Below, piece by piece: positions 1 through 12,500 of a DNA stretch of 64,000 nucleotides. The notes under the pieces were generated by a model. That model was not told where the DNA came from and did not search any database. It saw nothing but the letters and a program-made list of their open reading frames with translations. Made by a program: the position numbers and the translations under genes. The DNA comes from a virus, in IMG/VR virus record IMGVR_UViG_3300020446_001892, positions 19,698-83,697 of that record. One strand, given 5' to 3'. Numbering within the stretch: position 1 is the first letter of the stretch; every line of letters begins with the position of its first letter.

Positions 1-1865
1 AATATTTCAGAATCATTTATTAAGTCACTGAATAATCTGCGTCTTTCTGGAGTTAGCATAGGAGCCATATGAATATTACTATATAATTTATTGTCTGGAT
101 CAGATAACGTTATAGTAAATTCTCTATCAATAGCACTATATCCAAATTGATCCCTAGCTGTCACAGTAAACTTATATGTTCTATCAAACCTTGTTGCATT
201 TTGATCTAAGGTAAAAGTTTGTGAATCGAATACAGTTAATCCTGGTTTACCAATAGATCCAAAGCTATTAACTTTACCAATTATTTCTCCTTCTAATGAC
301 AAAGATAAGCCAAAAGGTAAATTTCCTGATTTTATTGTGTAAAGCATTGTAGCGTTAGGAACAGTTGTATTTGCTTTTAATGCTAACGTGCTTATATAAT
401 TTGCACTGAATTCTCCAAGATTTGCAGGAGTTGTCCAAGCAATGGTACTGTCTACTTCTCCTAGCATTTTTACAACAAATGTTTTTTCGCTTTCTGCTAT
501 TTCTTCTTCAACTAATGCAATAGTACCTAAATCTAAACTTGTCTGACTAGGAATAGTATCAATTAATGGAGACGTAAGATTCACAACATCAAAGTCGTTA
601 CTAACATTTACTTGCACGTTAGACACAGTGTATGTTCTACCTAAGTAAGTAAATGTTCTTCCTGGCACTTTTCCAACATATGTAGGATCAAATTTATTCA
701 TTTTAATTTGTGTCAAGCCAGCATTAGTAGACTCATAGGCAAATTTTAAAAGTTGGACTCTATCTGTATCATAACCTATTCTTTTTGCTACAACAGTAAA
801 TTTATATTCAGTTGTAACTGCATTTTGATATGGTACACGCCCAGCTACTTCACCTGTGGTTGTATCCAAAGATAATCCTGGAGGAAGCAAGCTAGGACTA
901 CCGTCGTCGTTAGTACCTTTAAGATAATAAGATACTACACCACTAAGTGTATTTGCATCTATAATATCTAATATTAATGTAACATAATTATTTGCTCTCC
1001 GAAAGCCAAAATCTCTTGGGGTAATCCAGATAGGAACTCTAATATGTGAAATATCAGCAGTAAAAGTATTTGTCCCTACTTGCATAATAGTGTTATCAGA
1101 GCGTAAGAAGTCGTCACCGACAACGTATATTCTAAATTTTCTATTTGCTACTGTATCGCCGTCACTGACAGAAACTATAAATTCATAGTACCTATTTAAT
1201 TTTTTTGGTGATTGAGTAGGTGTGCTTAAATCATAAGTTGTTGTATCATAGTAAAAACTATCAAAACCATTATTATCAGGAATACTCCAGTCATAACCAG
1301 TTTTAAGATCTTCATCATATCCTACTTCATCATAATAACCACTAGCACTCCTTAGTTCTATGGCCCTTATAGGATCAACTATTCCAACTAACCTACCATC
1401 TGTAGTTAGTCTTATGCCTGGAGGTAATTCTCCGCCTAAACTACCTATAAAATATTCTAATTTTTGGCCAGCTTCGGTATCAGTGTCTATAACTTCTAGC
1501 TGAAAATCTATAGGAGCACTATCTAATATATAGTATACACCGTTGTTCCCTGCTGGTAATAAATCTTCAGGAGTTTGCCAAACAGGCAAATCTGCTCCTT
1601 GAACTATTATATTAAATGTTCTATCACTTATTTCGTTATTAAACGTTGCCCTTAAAACAAATCTAAAATTAGTTTCTCTCGGGACTTCTCTTGGTGTGCC
1701 TTTAAGTTGTATACCATCAAGATAAATTCCACCAGGTAACTTTCCGCTTATCAAACTGACTGTAGCATTTGTTTCTGATAGCGGCAAGGTATAAGGAGCA
1801 ATAGTTACTTGCTCGTCAAGTGTAAGAAGTGTTTTACCTGATATTTCTGTCCAATAATTTGCCAT
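1..1865 (-). CDS. Virion structural protein with Ig-like (He_PIG-type) repeats, runs off window start
   Basis: ATG at 1865 (MANYWTEISG...) after AGGGA; repeated LP(P/G)G(L/I)xL...G..xG motifs (LPGGIYLDG, LPPGIRLTTDGRLVG, LPPGLSLDTTTGEVAG); missing from the ORF track because it is truncated. Confidence 0.7.
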   Translation of the reverse strand, partial: MANYWTEISGKTLLTLDEQVTIAPYTLPLSETNATVSLISGKLPGGIYLDGIQLKGTPREVPRETNFRFVLRATFNNEISDRTFNIIVQGADLPVWQTPEDLLPAGNNGVYYILDSAPIDFQLEVIDTDTEAGQKLEYFIGSLGGELPPGIRLTTDGRLVGIVDPIRAIELRSASGYYDEVGYDEDLKTGYDWSIPDNNGFDSFYYDTTTYDLSTPTQSPKKLNRYYEFIVSVSDGDTVANRKFRIYVVGDDFLRSDNTIMQVGTNTFTADISHIRVPIWITPRDFGFRRANNYVTLILDIIDANTLSGVVSYYLKGTNDDGSPSLLPPGLSLDTTTGEVAGRVPYQNAVTTEYKFTVVAKRIGYDTDRVQLLKFAYESTNAGLTQIKMNKFDPTYVGKVPGRTFTYLGRTYTVSNVQVNVSNDFDVVNLTSPLIDTIPSQTSLDLGTIALVEEEIAESEKTFVVKMLGEVDSTIAWTTPANLGEFSANYISTLALKANTTVPNATMLYTIKSGNLPFGLSLSLEGEIIGKVNSFGSIGKPGLTVFDSQTFTLDQNATRFDRTYKFTVTARDQFGYSAIDREFTITLSDPDNKLYSNIHMAPMLTPERRRLFSDLINDSEI

Positions 1866-1895
1866 ATACTAATCCCTATATAGCATATTTATCGT

Positions 1896-2594
1896 TTATA
1901 CTATAGAGCCAAAATCTGAAATTGTTGATGACGGAGTAATTATAGACCCATAATCAACTGTTGTATTTGCAACTACAAAATCTAGAGCAGAAGTGTAATT
2001 ATTTGTAACGTCACCAAAATCAAAACCTCTTACATTCCTCATGCTATTGTACATTGCTGTAACATTAATACCGTCAACTGTACCTGTAAGAGCACCATTC
2101 AACTCGGTAGCTGTAAGTGAATTGACATTGTTTATGTTATTGTTATTAGCATCTAAATTGCCACCTAAAGATGGATTTGTATCACTTTGCACTAATCCTG
2201 TTGCATCTATGTTTACTGTAATTGTGTTGCCTAGTGCTGTAGTGCTTACATTTGTGCCTCCTTGCACAATTAACGTCCTATTTGCACCTGTTACTGCACC
2301 TGTTCCGCTTGTTGCTTGTAAATTGATTGTTCCAGCATTGTTAATTGTTACTGTATTTTCATCGCTTGTAATTTCTATATTTGTACCAGCAACTAGACTT
2401 TTAAGTCCAATGACACCGTTTTCTTTGCTATAGAATATACCAGTACCAGACCCTAAATTAGTTGCAGTAGCTTGACCTTGCACTCTTAAGTCTAAATCGT
2501 CAAAATTATTGTTGACTTTTACAAAAGCCTGCCTTAGGTCATCTCCTGTACCATCATTTGCTAGTGTTCCTACATTAATTCTATCTATCGGCAT
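1896..2594 (-). CDS. Baseplate/short fibre protein with T4 gp9/gp10-like N-terminus
   Basis: N-terminal NDGTGDDLRQAFVKVNNNF motif; LGGNLD fibre motif. Confidence 0.7.
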   Translation of the reverse strand: MPIDRINVGTLANDGTGDDLRQAFVKVNNNFDDLDLRVQGQATATNLGSGTGIFYSKENGVIGLKSLVAGTNIEITSDENTVTINNAGTINLQATSGTGAVTGANRTLIVQGGTNVSTTALGNTITVNIDATGLVQSDTNPSLGGNLDANNNNINNVNSLTATELNGALTGTVDGINVTAMYNSMRNVRGFDFGDVTNNYTSALDFVVANTTVDYGSIITPSSTISDFGSIV

Positions 2595-2609
2595 ACTTGT
2601 CTCCTACTA

Positions 2610-4637
2610 TTATTTATTCTTCTTAATCCTTATGTTAGGATTACGTATTTGTATACCCTTACTTAAAACACGTCGAATGCCTTTTCTTGTTCTACGATCT
2701 ATATTACCTTGATATAAAACTTTAGCATCTCCTCCTTCAAGGCTGTTATAGTCAAACCAATTAGAATCATTAGTGCTTGTAGATTCAGTCCCTATATAAA
2801 AGTCTGACCCGTCTTGTACATCTAAACTTTGTATCCATTTTTTAACCTGTTTATAAGTCCAATCTCTATTGTGTTCTAATACAGTGGATATAAATCCTGC
2901 CGCCACAGGACAAGCCGCACTAGTCCCTCCGAAACCTGTATCTTCAGGGACACCTACACCAGATCCAGTGTTTGCAGTAAATCCTGGATATGTAGAAGGA
3001 TATCGTCCTTCAGATGCGTAATAAGTGTTTGCGGCGAGAGTACCGTCGGCAGGTAGATAACAGTCTATACCTTCACCTCTATCACTATAACCTACTTTGG
3101 CTTCTTTTGAACTTTTATATTCATCGTCTAAAGCACCTATGTTGATTGTTTTGTAATCTATTGCTCCATTACTTTTTACATGTTTACCACCTTGTTGTGG
3201 AAATCCTCTACGATTAGTTGTTCCGGTAACTTCTACACTAAATTCAAAAAATGTGCTTTCTTCTAATGTGTCTGAATTATTTTGGGCGATATAATTATCA
3301 AAATCTGGGTGTCCGTAGTTTACTTGTTTTTGATTACTGTTGCCTGCGGCACATACAAATATTACACCTGAATCAATTAATTCATCTAGAGCAGTTGTTA
3401 AAGAATTTGTTTTCATTTCTGATTTCCAACGCCCGGCGTCTCCTTGTGAGCCCATGTGGCTTAACCAAGCAATACCTGATTCGTTCGTATAAGAAGTTGC
3501 AGAACCACCTCTGTAGTGATAATAATATGTGCCGCCTGGCTGTTTATTAGCTCTATACCCCCAACTGTTTGAACTTAAGGTTGGATTTTTATTCCCGTAG
3601 TCTGGATTGATTGGCTTCATCTGATGAAAAAGTTTTTGTAAATCGAAACCTTGTTCAATACCTGATCCATAGGAACCATACAAATTCAGCACCCATTTAT
3701 TTGCATTGTAAGCCCAACCTTGGGTCCTACCGAAAGTTAATGCACAACAACATGTTGAATGCCTTGTTACAGAAAAAGGTGGAGGGCTTGTGTTATCTCC
3801 ATTACAGTTACTTCTAGTGTAGCTTGAACCTAAAGAACTTACAGTTCCAAATGATTGAAATTTTGTACTCCTGTTAGATGAATTTGTCCACCATCCTCTT
3901 GCAAAACTTTCTACAGGGACAGTGGTCCCGTCGAATCTCGTTGTTAGCCTATTTGCAGAATCTGCGTTAAAATAATCTGGATCCAAGTAGTAAGGAGCAT
4001 CTAAAACTAAGTCCAACAAGTCACATGTACCGTTTCCAGGTAATAAATTGCCTCCTACATAATCTGCAGGCGGAGGTGCACCTGTGCAGTTGTTTTGAAA
4101 CTCTGGATGTCCTATCCATCCTGCACCGTCGTCTGCTACTATGACATCAACATCTTTACCTGAGCCATATTGCTGTATATTGACATCTCCTACATAATTA
4201 TCTGCATAGCCATTTTCTACCCATGGATCTAATTTTTGCATACATCTCCATAATTGGTATCCTGTTCTATTGATGTCATCGTTATTTAAATTATTAGAAT
4301 TTTCAAACTCTCTATGGACTTTTACAGTAGTTTGATACCTATCTATTAATTCTGGACGAGTTGCATATATCTCATCTGGTGGTGGAGCATAAGTTTCAGG
4401 ATATTTCATGTAATCTATATTGATAAATTTTACTCTGGGATCTGCCTTTAAGGCTGTTGCCTCTTCGTCAGTCAATAAATAAGATCCTCTAGTAGGACTA
4501 TGTAATTTTTCATCTTCTACTGCAACTTGTCTACTAGGAACTGATTCATAGGTGTTGCCATCAGCTATTAATTCTGCATGTAATTCAGTCCATTGTTCTG
4601 TAGTGTGTGTTCCTAGCTGGTAGTACTTTTCACTCAT
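2610..4637 (-). CDS. Subtilisin-like S8 serine peptidase, probably virion-associated
   Basis: VIVADDG (Asp), RHSTCC (His), AAGNS (oxyanion Asn), FGGTSAACP (Ser); lies among tail genes. Confidence 0.8.
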   Translation of the reverse strand: MSEKYYQLGTHTTEQWTELHAELIADGNTYESVPSRQVAVEDEKLHSPTRGSYLLTDEEATALKADPRVKFINIDYMKYPETYAPPPDEIYATRPELIDRYQTTVKVHREFENSNNLNNDDINRTGYQLWRCMQKLDPWVENGYADNYVGDVNIQQYGSGKDVDVIVADDGAGWIGHPEFQNNCTGAPPPADYVGGNLLPGNGTCDLLDLVLDAPYYLDPDYFNADSANRLTTRFDGTTVPVESFARGWWTNSSNRSTKFQSFGTVSSLGSSYTRSNCNGDNTSPPPFSVTRHSTCCCALTFGRTQGWAYNANKWVLNLYGSYGSGIEQGFDLQKLFHQMKPINPDYGNKNPTLSSNSWGYRANKQPGGTYYYHYRGGSATSYTNESGIAWLSHMGSQGDAGRWKSEMKTNSLTTALDELIDSGVIFVCAAGNSNQKQVNYGHPDFDNYIAQNNSDTLEESTFFEFSVEVTGTTNRRGFPQQGGKHVKSNGAIDYKTINIGALDDEYKSSKEAKVGYSDRGEGIDCYLPADGTLAANTYYASEGRYPSTYPGFTANTGSGVGVPEDTGFGGTSAACPVAAGFISTVLEHNRDWTYKQVKKWIQSLDVQDGSDFYIGTESTSTNDSNWFDYNSLEGGDAKVLYQGNIDRRTRKGIRRVLSKGIQIRNPNIRIKKNK

Positions 4638-4645
4638 AGTAACTC

Positions 4646-6529
4646 CTATACAATATTAATTGTGCCGTTCATATTTGTGTGAGATGTACATTGGTAATAC
4701 AGTGTTGCAGGAGCACTCATAGGCACCTTAAATGTAACCACACCAATTGTGCCGTTATTTGTTACACCATCGTTATATGGTGTGCCACTTGTACCAGTTG
4801 TTGATTGTATTCTAAAAGGATGGGCTCCTGAGGTATTATTAAAAACATATGTTTCACCTCTACGTAAATATAATGTAGGATCATTTTCTGATGAAGGAAA
4901 CCAAACATTCCCTGGGTCAGTAAACACATAATGATTGATGCCATCTGCACCTAAGTTAAATTGATACTGCACTGTTTTGCCATTTACATCTAAATTTCCA
5001 CCTAATTGTGGAGTCGTATCTTCCACTACATTAGCTATGCCTGCACTACCAGATAAGTTTACCCAAGAACCATTTGCACGACCTTGGAATACATTAGTAG
5101 ATGTGTTATATACTAAATCTGCATTTTCAGGACTAAGAGCATCTCGCTGTGAAGTTGTAACAGCAAGCATTTGAAATGGACCACTTGTTGCTTGTATCCT
5201 TGTTCCTGCATTTAATTCTATTTCATTATCTGAAAATATTTCTGGTGTTCCTGATCCAACTGTATTGAAAGATCCTGTAACATTTAAGTCGTTGTCTACT
5301 GTCAAATTATTTTGTACAATTAAGTCGCTTTCGAAAGTTACTGCTGGAGTAATTGTCATTGCACTACTATCAGATGTATCAATGTTTGATCCGCTTAATA
5401 CTACTGCACCGCCTGTCAAAGATGTTGTAGCATTTAAAGATAATATACCTGAAATATTATCAGCTAAACTTAATGATAAAGCAAAAGCGGCCGCTTCTAC
5501 ATTTATTTCATTTGTAGTGCCTAGAACTTGCATAGTTTCACTTGCAAGGTTTATACTTCCTGTACCTGTGTTTCCTGCTGTGTTAAGAGTGCCTGGCGAA
5601 CCATTAATAGTAATTTCACCTTCTGCATCACTTGAAGTAGTAATACCTGTGCCTCCACTTATTTTAAATGTCTCGCCTCTGTTTATAATTCTTGTTGTAC
5701 TATCGTCTGCCGCTACGGTAATGAATCCACCGCCGCCACCGCCTGACCCACTGCCAATAACTATGCCGTTCATTGTACTATTAGGCGGTAAATCTATTGG
5801 TACAGCATTAGAACCAAATTTTATTTCACCATTAATATACAAATCTTTAAATTGGTTACTTAAACTTCCTAAATCATATAAAGTATCTGCATGCGGTTTG
5901 ACATTACTTCTAATTGTTCCATCTAAATTAACCGCGGCCAATATGCTATCTATCATAACAGTGCTATCGTCTGCAAATACACTACCTACTAAATCTCCTG
6001 AATTGTTAACATCTACTGTAATTGATCCATCTGTAAGTTGCGTTAATGTAACAAATCCTGCATCATTTGTTAGAGTAGAAATATTATCTGCAGGCTGTAA
6101 AGCAGACTGTGCTAACGCTCCTTGTGCTTGTGTCGCCGCATCAGTAATACCATAACCGCCTAGTGTAGTAGGAAGACTAGTTATATCATTAAATGTTACT
6201 GATGTCAAATATCCAGCATCATTTGTTAACACAGAAACATTTTGTCCTTGGCTAACATACTGTGAATCATTTGCAAAAGTTGATACTTGTGTTGGGGTAC
6301 CAATTAAATCACCATAGTCGCCCGTTGTTGCAACCGTTGCAAGATTAAGACCGTTAATAGCAACACCATTTGTAATATTCAAATCATTTGCTGTAATAGT
6401 GCCAGTTGCAGTAATATTAATTGCTCCTGTAATATTATTACCAGTTAGATTTAAACTATCACCATTTGGAAGTTCTTTAATTTTATTACTGTCTGTTGTG
6501 TCTACAACTAAAGGATATCTATCAGCCAT
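4646..6529 (-). CDS. Tail fibre-like protein with C-terminal cupredoxin-like domain
   Basis: Repeated SxLTNDAG(Y/F) and TLGGYGITDA fibre motifs; C-terminal HPF...YYQCTSHTNM. Confidence 0.65.
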   Translation of the reverse strand: MADRYPLVVDTTDSNKIKELPNGDSLNLTGNNITGAINITATGTITANDLNITNGVAINGLNLATVATTGDYGDLIGTPTQVSTFANDSQYVSQGQNVSVLTNDAGYLTSVTFNDITSLPTTLGGYGITDAATQAQGALAQSALQPADNISTLTNDAGFVTLTQLTDGSITVDVNNSGDLVGSVFADDSTVMIDSILAAVNLDGTIRSNVKPHADTLYDLGSLSNQFKDLYINGEIKFGSNAVPIDLPPNSTMNGIVIGSGSGGGGGGFITVAADDSTTRIINRGETFKISGGTGITTSSDAEGEITINGSPGTLNTAGNTGTGSINLASETMQVLGTTNEINVEAAAFALSLSLADNISGILSLNATTSLTGGAVVLSGSNIDTSDSSAMTITPAVTFESDLIVQNNLTVDNDLNVTGSFNTVGSGTPEIFSDNEIELNAGTRIQATSGPFQMLAVTTSQRDALSPENADLVYNTSTNVFQGRANGSWVNLSGSAGIANVVEDTTPQLGGNLDVNGKTVQYQFNLGADGINHYVFTDPGNVWFPSSENDPTLYLRRGETYVFNNTSGAHPFRIQSTTGTSGTPYNDGVTNNGTIGVVTFKVPMSAPATLYYQCTSHTNMNGTINIV

Positions 6530-6559
6530 TTTGGTCCTCGCTACTATATTTATTTTTCA

Positions 6560-9500
6560 TTAAACTCTGCCTACCACAGCGTTTACAACACCTTTGTCCG
6601 CATCGTCTTTTGTATCTATTGCTTTTCCAATTACACTTCCAACTTTTGGATCGTTATCAGCTACTGCATATCCTGGTATTGCACTTGCAACAAGCATGTC
6701 GCCTTTTTGTATTTTGCCGATTACGTTTACAGGGACTTTACCTTGCAATGCAACCAATGTTTTAATACCTGGGCATTCTTGGTTCATTGTATATGCACTT
6801 TGATCACTGACAACTCCTGCTACTTTTGTAGATTTGTGTTCTGTGCTTTCAGTAACTTCTTTTTCTCCGCCAAATATTAATACAGTGCCTACTTCATATT
6901 CTTTATCGCCTTCATAGTATTCCGCCAAGTCAGCATATGTAGCTTCGAATCTAGAATTTGCTGTTAGGCTCCATCTACCTGTGACACTACCTGTGGTTGT
7001 TGCGGCACCTGTTGTTAATGTAGTTGCTTGAATAGTCCCTACAGTCAAACTATGTGTGTTTGGATTGTATGTAAAATGGGCGTCATCAGTATCTATGTAA
7101 GGACGTTGGAATGATGTTCCGTTAGCATCACTAAATAAAACTTGGTAGTTTACTGAATCATTTTTCTCATCAACATTGATATTATTTGCGTTTGTTGCAT
7201 TATCTGCGTTGTCAATAGTTCCTGTAATTTGTCCTGTAACAGTCATTGTATCGTTTACATAAACTGTTCCAGTACCATTAGCTTGAATATTAAGATTTGT
7301 ATCAGTTGTCATACTTCTTATGTCATCTGATTCAATACCTGTTGTAGTTACTTTTGCTTCAACGTTACCTCCTGTAACAAAGGTTACAATATCTGCACCA
7401 CCTTGTGAGAATCCTGTATTTTCTCCTATACCTATTCCAGTCCCTGTTCCATCTAATTCATCTGGAGCTTCTATGAAACTTGTATAAGTCCAACGTGTTC
7501 TTACAGCAGATACTTCCGTTGTGCCACCACCTGCTCCGCCTACAGAACCAAACGGTGAGTTTCTATGCAATACACTTTCTGTATATGCAGATATATCTCC
7601 AACTCTTATTACACCACCTGTGTTAATAGTAGGCTTACTTGATCCAACTGCATCAAGTATTTTTCCTTGTTCTGGTGTGCTAAAAGTAAGTGTATTTGAA
7701 CTTTCACTTAACACAACGTTTGTAGAATTTGCACCTACAATAAATGCAGTTGCGTGTAAGTTTCCGCTATCATCACGTTTTGCAATACTAACATTTTCGT
7801 TATCATATGCAACTTCACTTGTTGTATATACTCCTGTGCCTGTTGTTATAAGTGCTTTTCCAGGATCATTTACTGGATTGCCATATGGCTGTACCGCAGT
7901 AAAGTCTCCGTCTGCTATACCAAGACCTTTATCAACAACATTTGCATAGGTATCAATTTCTGGATCACCAACACCTGCTGTAGTTCTACCAATTATTTGA
8001 TATTGATCTAGTTCAGGTAAATCTGCTAAATCTACTTGATTTTCTTTAAGTGTAACCCAACCATCAGTAACAGTAAAGTCATCGTCATCAAAAGCCGCAA
8101 CACCTAATGATGCTTGTATTGTTTGTGCATCTCCTGTAGGAGCCGCCGCTATTGCTGAGGCAACATTCATATTCAGTTTGCTTTGTACAATAGCATCTGT
8201 AGTGAATTCTGTATTATCAATTGGAGCATGTACATCTGCATTGATTATGCTATCTGCTTCAATCTGTAAATCCCATTCTGTATTTGTTGCACCTCTTGTG
8301 ACAGTTAAATTAATATCACTTGCTGTACTTTCTACAGCTCTTACATATTCATCGATAGGTGCTTCTAATATTGCACTTGAAACACTTGGACTTGTTTGTT
8401 GGACAGATCCTAAATTTGTAAAATCAGTTGCGCCAGGAGTATATGTAAGAATAACAACATTAGCATTCTGTACTTTATCAAATCTTGCTTCCCTTGCTAT
8501 TAATGTACCTGTAGCTCCACCTGATCCTGTTATTTCTTTGTTTGCACTATTAGGGTCAAATAATGTACTTGATTCTGCCTCTACAACTATCTTTCTTACA
8601 CCTGTAGGAACAACTAGTTGTTTTGTTAAATTAGCAGGTGATACAGAATGATCAGTCCAGTTTCTTAAATCTGTAATTTCATCATATGCTGATACAGCCT
8701 CGTCCATAAACTCTTTTGTCACAGCATCTTTTAAATCTGTAGGATCTTGAAGGTTAGCAATTTTATTAGAGCTCATGTCTAATGTAGCTTCCATTCCAGT
8801 TGAACCATTAAGTGCTAAAAATCCTGGATCAAATCTATTTGAACCTGTTAATTGAGCTGTTCCATTATGACCTAATCTTCTGCTCACATAGTTTGCTATA
8901 GCTTTTTCTGTAGGAACTGCTGTATCACTATTATCTGTAAATAGTTCATCATTTGAAAATTCATCAATAGTCACACCTTCTTTAAATCCTAAAGAAGCAG
9001 CTCTACTAATTCCAACTTCACCTGCAAAAGTAATTGATCCTGTAGATTGGTCAACAACAAAATACTTACCTACTCTAAAGAATCCATCGTTATCAGAACT
9101 AATAAAGAAGACTCTTCCTTTTCTTCTTTCCCATACTTGCGAGCTTGTAGCATTATCAGCATCAGTATAAGGACCTGCTTTTGCTTCTAATCCTCCGACT
9201 GCACTACCTAATAAAACATTAGGATAGTTACTTGTGTTAAATCCACCTGTACCAATTTCAGTAAAGTCGTGTCCTGTTGCTCTAAGTAATGAAATTGCTA
9301 TTGTTATTTCAGCTGTTGTACCATTTATTAATCCAGCATAAACATTTCTTTGAACATCATTTACATAACCAATATTGTTGGCTGTACTACCTGTTACGTC
9401 ATTAGCAGTTAACGCTTGTACTTTTAGGAAGTATACACTTTCAGCATCGACCCATGTGCCGCTTGGACCTGTATATGCAGTAAATGTGCTTCCGTTTGTT

Positions 9501-12500
9501 TTTGATGTTAGTCCTGCATCTTCATACAATACAAAAGTGTTTAGCGTTACATCGCCAACAAATTTAGTTGTGCCATTTAATTGTGTAGTTCCTAATATAT
9601 CTGAAAATGTAACTTGATCACCATTTGATAAGCCGTGGGTATTATCTGTAATTGTAATTTCAAAATCACCAGATCCTGCTATCTGAATATCTGTAATTGT
9701 TCCTGTTGTTACAGCACCGTATTCTATGGCTTGCAAAATTCTTGAATTGTATGAAAATATCATACCACCTGTGTATCCTGCATCACCAGGATTTTTAATT
9801 GTTTGATTTACTGTATCAGTAGCATCTTGCAATATACGTATTGCGTCACCTGCGTTTAACGCTTTGACAGAAAGATATTGGTCAGTGTTGTTTGCACCCA
9901 TTTGACCTGTACCGCCTACCAATGATGCTTGTGTACTACGTCCTAAAGGATCTAGTTCAACTTCTACATAGTCAAAATCAGTATCAAATATTGCTTTAAT
10001 TTGTGTGCTAGGAAGATTAGCTCCTTGATCATCAGTAATTGTAAATGAAGTACTTCTATATGTCTTTGTATCACTTTCATCAAAGTTTACTGCTGTACTT
10101 GGACGCTCAGTAATATCTTGACTGTTCACACCATCAAATATTAATGTTTCAGAATGTCTATATTCAATTAAATCATCGTGTGCAATATTTTCTTGTATAT
10201 CTGGAAAGAAGTCTGTGTTAGATCCTGCTTCTTGGATTGTTAATCTATAAATTTCGTTACTGAATGTTCCAGCAGTGCCTTGGAATATTGCACCTACCTT
10301 AACTGTAAGATCGTTTGTAGGAGAAGCTCCTCCCATACTTGTACCTAACAAAGTAATTTCGTCAGCAATAGCATGTCCTTGACCGCTATTTCCTATAGTG
10401 ATACCACTTACAGTACCTGCTGATATACTAACTACAGCTTTAAAACCTGTGCCAGTTCCTGTAGTTGTATTTTGTGTAATTGTAAAGTTTCCGGTTGAGT
10501 TAGCTGGAGTGCCTGTGAAGCCTGCTCCACCTCCAAATGTGCTATCAAGCGAGTTTATACCTGTAACGACAGGAGCTCCATCTGCACCAATGTCACCATT
10601 ATTGTTAGGATCTGATAAATTTTGTATATTTGTAATTTTATAATTTAATGGTCCAACTGTAGAATGCGGAACATAAACAATAGCATTTTTGAGTGGATTA
10701 ACTTTATAATCATAAACTGTAATACTTGTATCACCTACAGCATTTGTAAATGATCCAAAAGTAAATGCCTTGATAGCTTGTGCTTGGTCTCTTGCCAATG
10801 TAACCTGATCTGGAATTTCGTTAGGATCAGCTCCTTCAGCAACTAATCCAAAATTACCATAACCATTAGAACCGTTAAGTGATCTAATCTCTGAACCGTT
10901 TGCCGCATAATATGCCGCATGCGTATAATATGTAAACATACTAACCATTTCAGAGAATGCACCATTATTTGTAACTAGACCATATGCTAAATCATTAATT
11001 TGCGTAAAGTCATTACCTAATATAGATCTATTACCTGCTGTTTGTAAGAATAAATCTTGAATAATATCATCGTCACCGTGACCTGGATCGCCTGGCGAAT
11101 CTCCACCAGCTTTATTATATCCGTTACTACTATTACTACCTGGATCTAAATATAAAACAGCTTTACCTGTTCCGCTATCATAATTTGATATAGCATTAAC
11201 TTGATAGCGTATTCCTTCAAAATAGAATGGAGCTGGTAATTGTGGCAGACGTAATTTAAGTCCTTGTGGTTGTCCTCCTACATCTAAACTTTCTACAGCA
11301 ATAGTAAAAGAATTTAATGTAACTGCACCTCCACTTACACCAACTGATGTAGAACTTCCACTATTTGCAAGGATACGCATAGGAATATTACCTGTATATG
11401 CATCAACATACATACCACCTCTAAATGCTTTTTTGTTTTCACTTTTGGAAAAACTAGATGCAGTTTGAATATACGGTGACTTTGTTAACACTTGTCCTTC
11501 TGGATCAAGCACACACATAAAGCCGCCGTGTCCTTGCACAGTTACATTTCTTACAATAGTTGCATCGTCCAACAAGAAAACATCCATTTGATCATTACGT
11601 AATGGCGGATTCCAAGTACTTGGATTTTCTAAAGGATATTGTACAATATCAATTAATTGTCCAACAAGTGTTACAACACTGGTTACTTCTACCCAAATAT
11701 CTGGATCTAAAATTATATTTGATGTGCCAGGGTCTACAACTTCATTTGCAGATGTAGATGTATGTTTCCTAAGAGCCCTATAATATCTTGCACCGCCTCC
11801 AGTGCCTCTGACTACAAAATCTCCTTGTGCATAAAGATTACCAGCTGACCAAACCGGTTGTACATCACCAGCAGATATATCTGGATCAAAATTAGTACCA
11901 GCATGTTTTGTAGGAGCAGTTCCAACAAGCAGTTGTCCTGCTAAGGTGCTTATGTGACCAATGGCCGCGGCTGTTTGTGATTCCTGTCCTGATACAGCAC
12001 CTGAATAATATTCTCCTTGATTTTCTAAGGCAAATTCTTTACCACCATTTAGCAAATCTCTTACAAGTCCGTCAACAATAATTCCTGTATCACGTCTACA
12101 TTTTTCTTCATTATAAGTGAAGGTGCCTTGAACACCTACATTGACAGTTATAGTGTTTGTACCTGTTGAATCAATATTGATAGCAGTATCATAAGCAGGG
12201 TCTCCTACTCTTGGATATGTATGATTAGTTGCATTATCATCTATATCACACGTAAATGTTAATGAATTTGTAGCAATTTTTATACTTGTTCCTGCAGAAA
12301 GTGTATGAGGACCAATGGTTAGTGTCATGTCTCCTGTAGCTGGATCATAAATTGCATTAGTTACATCATGATTTACGATAGGTGATGCGCCTACATTGAT
12401 AGTAAAAGTATTTGTGTCTGATGCAGTTATAGCAAGAGTTTGTCCAGATGCAGGATCAGTTGACCTTGGATATGTTTTGGTTGCTGTATTACCATCCATT

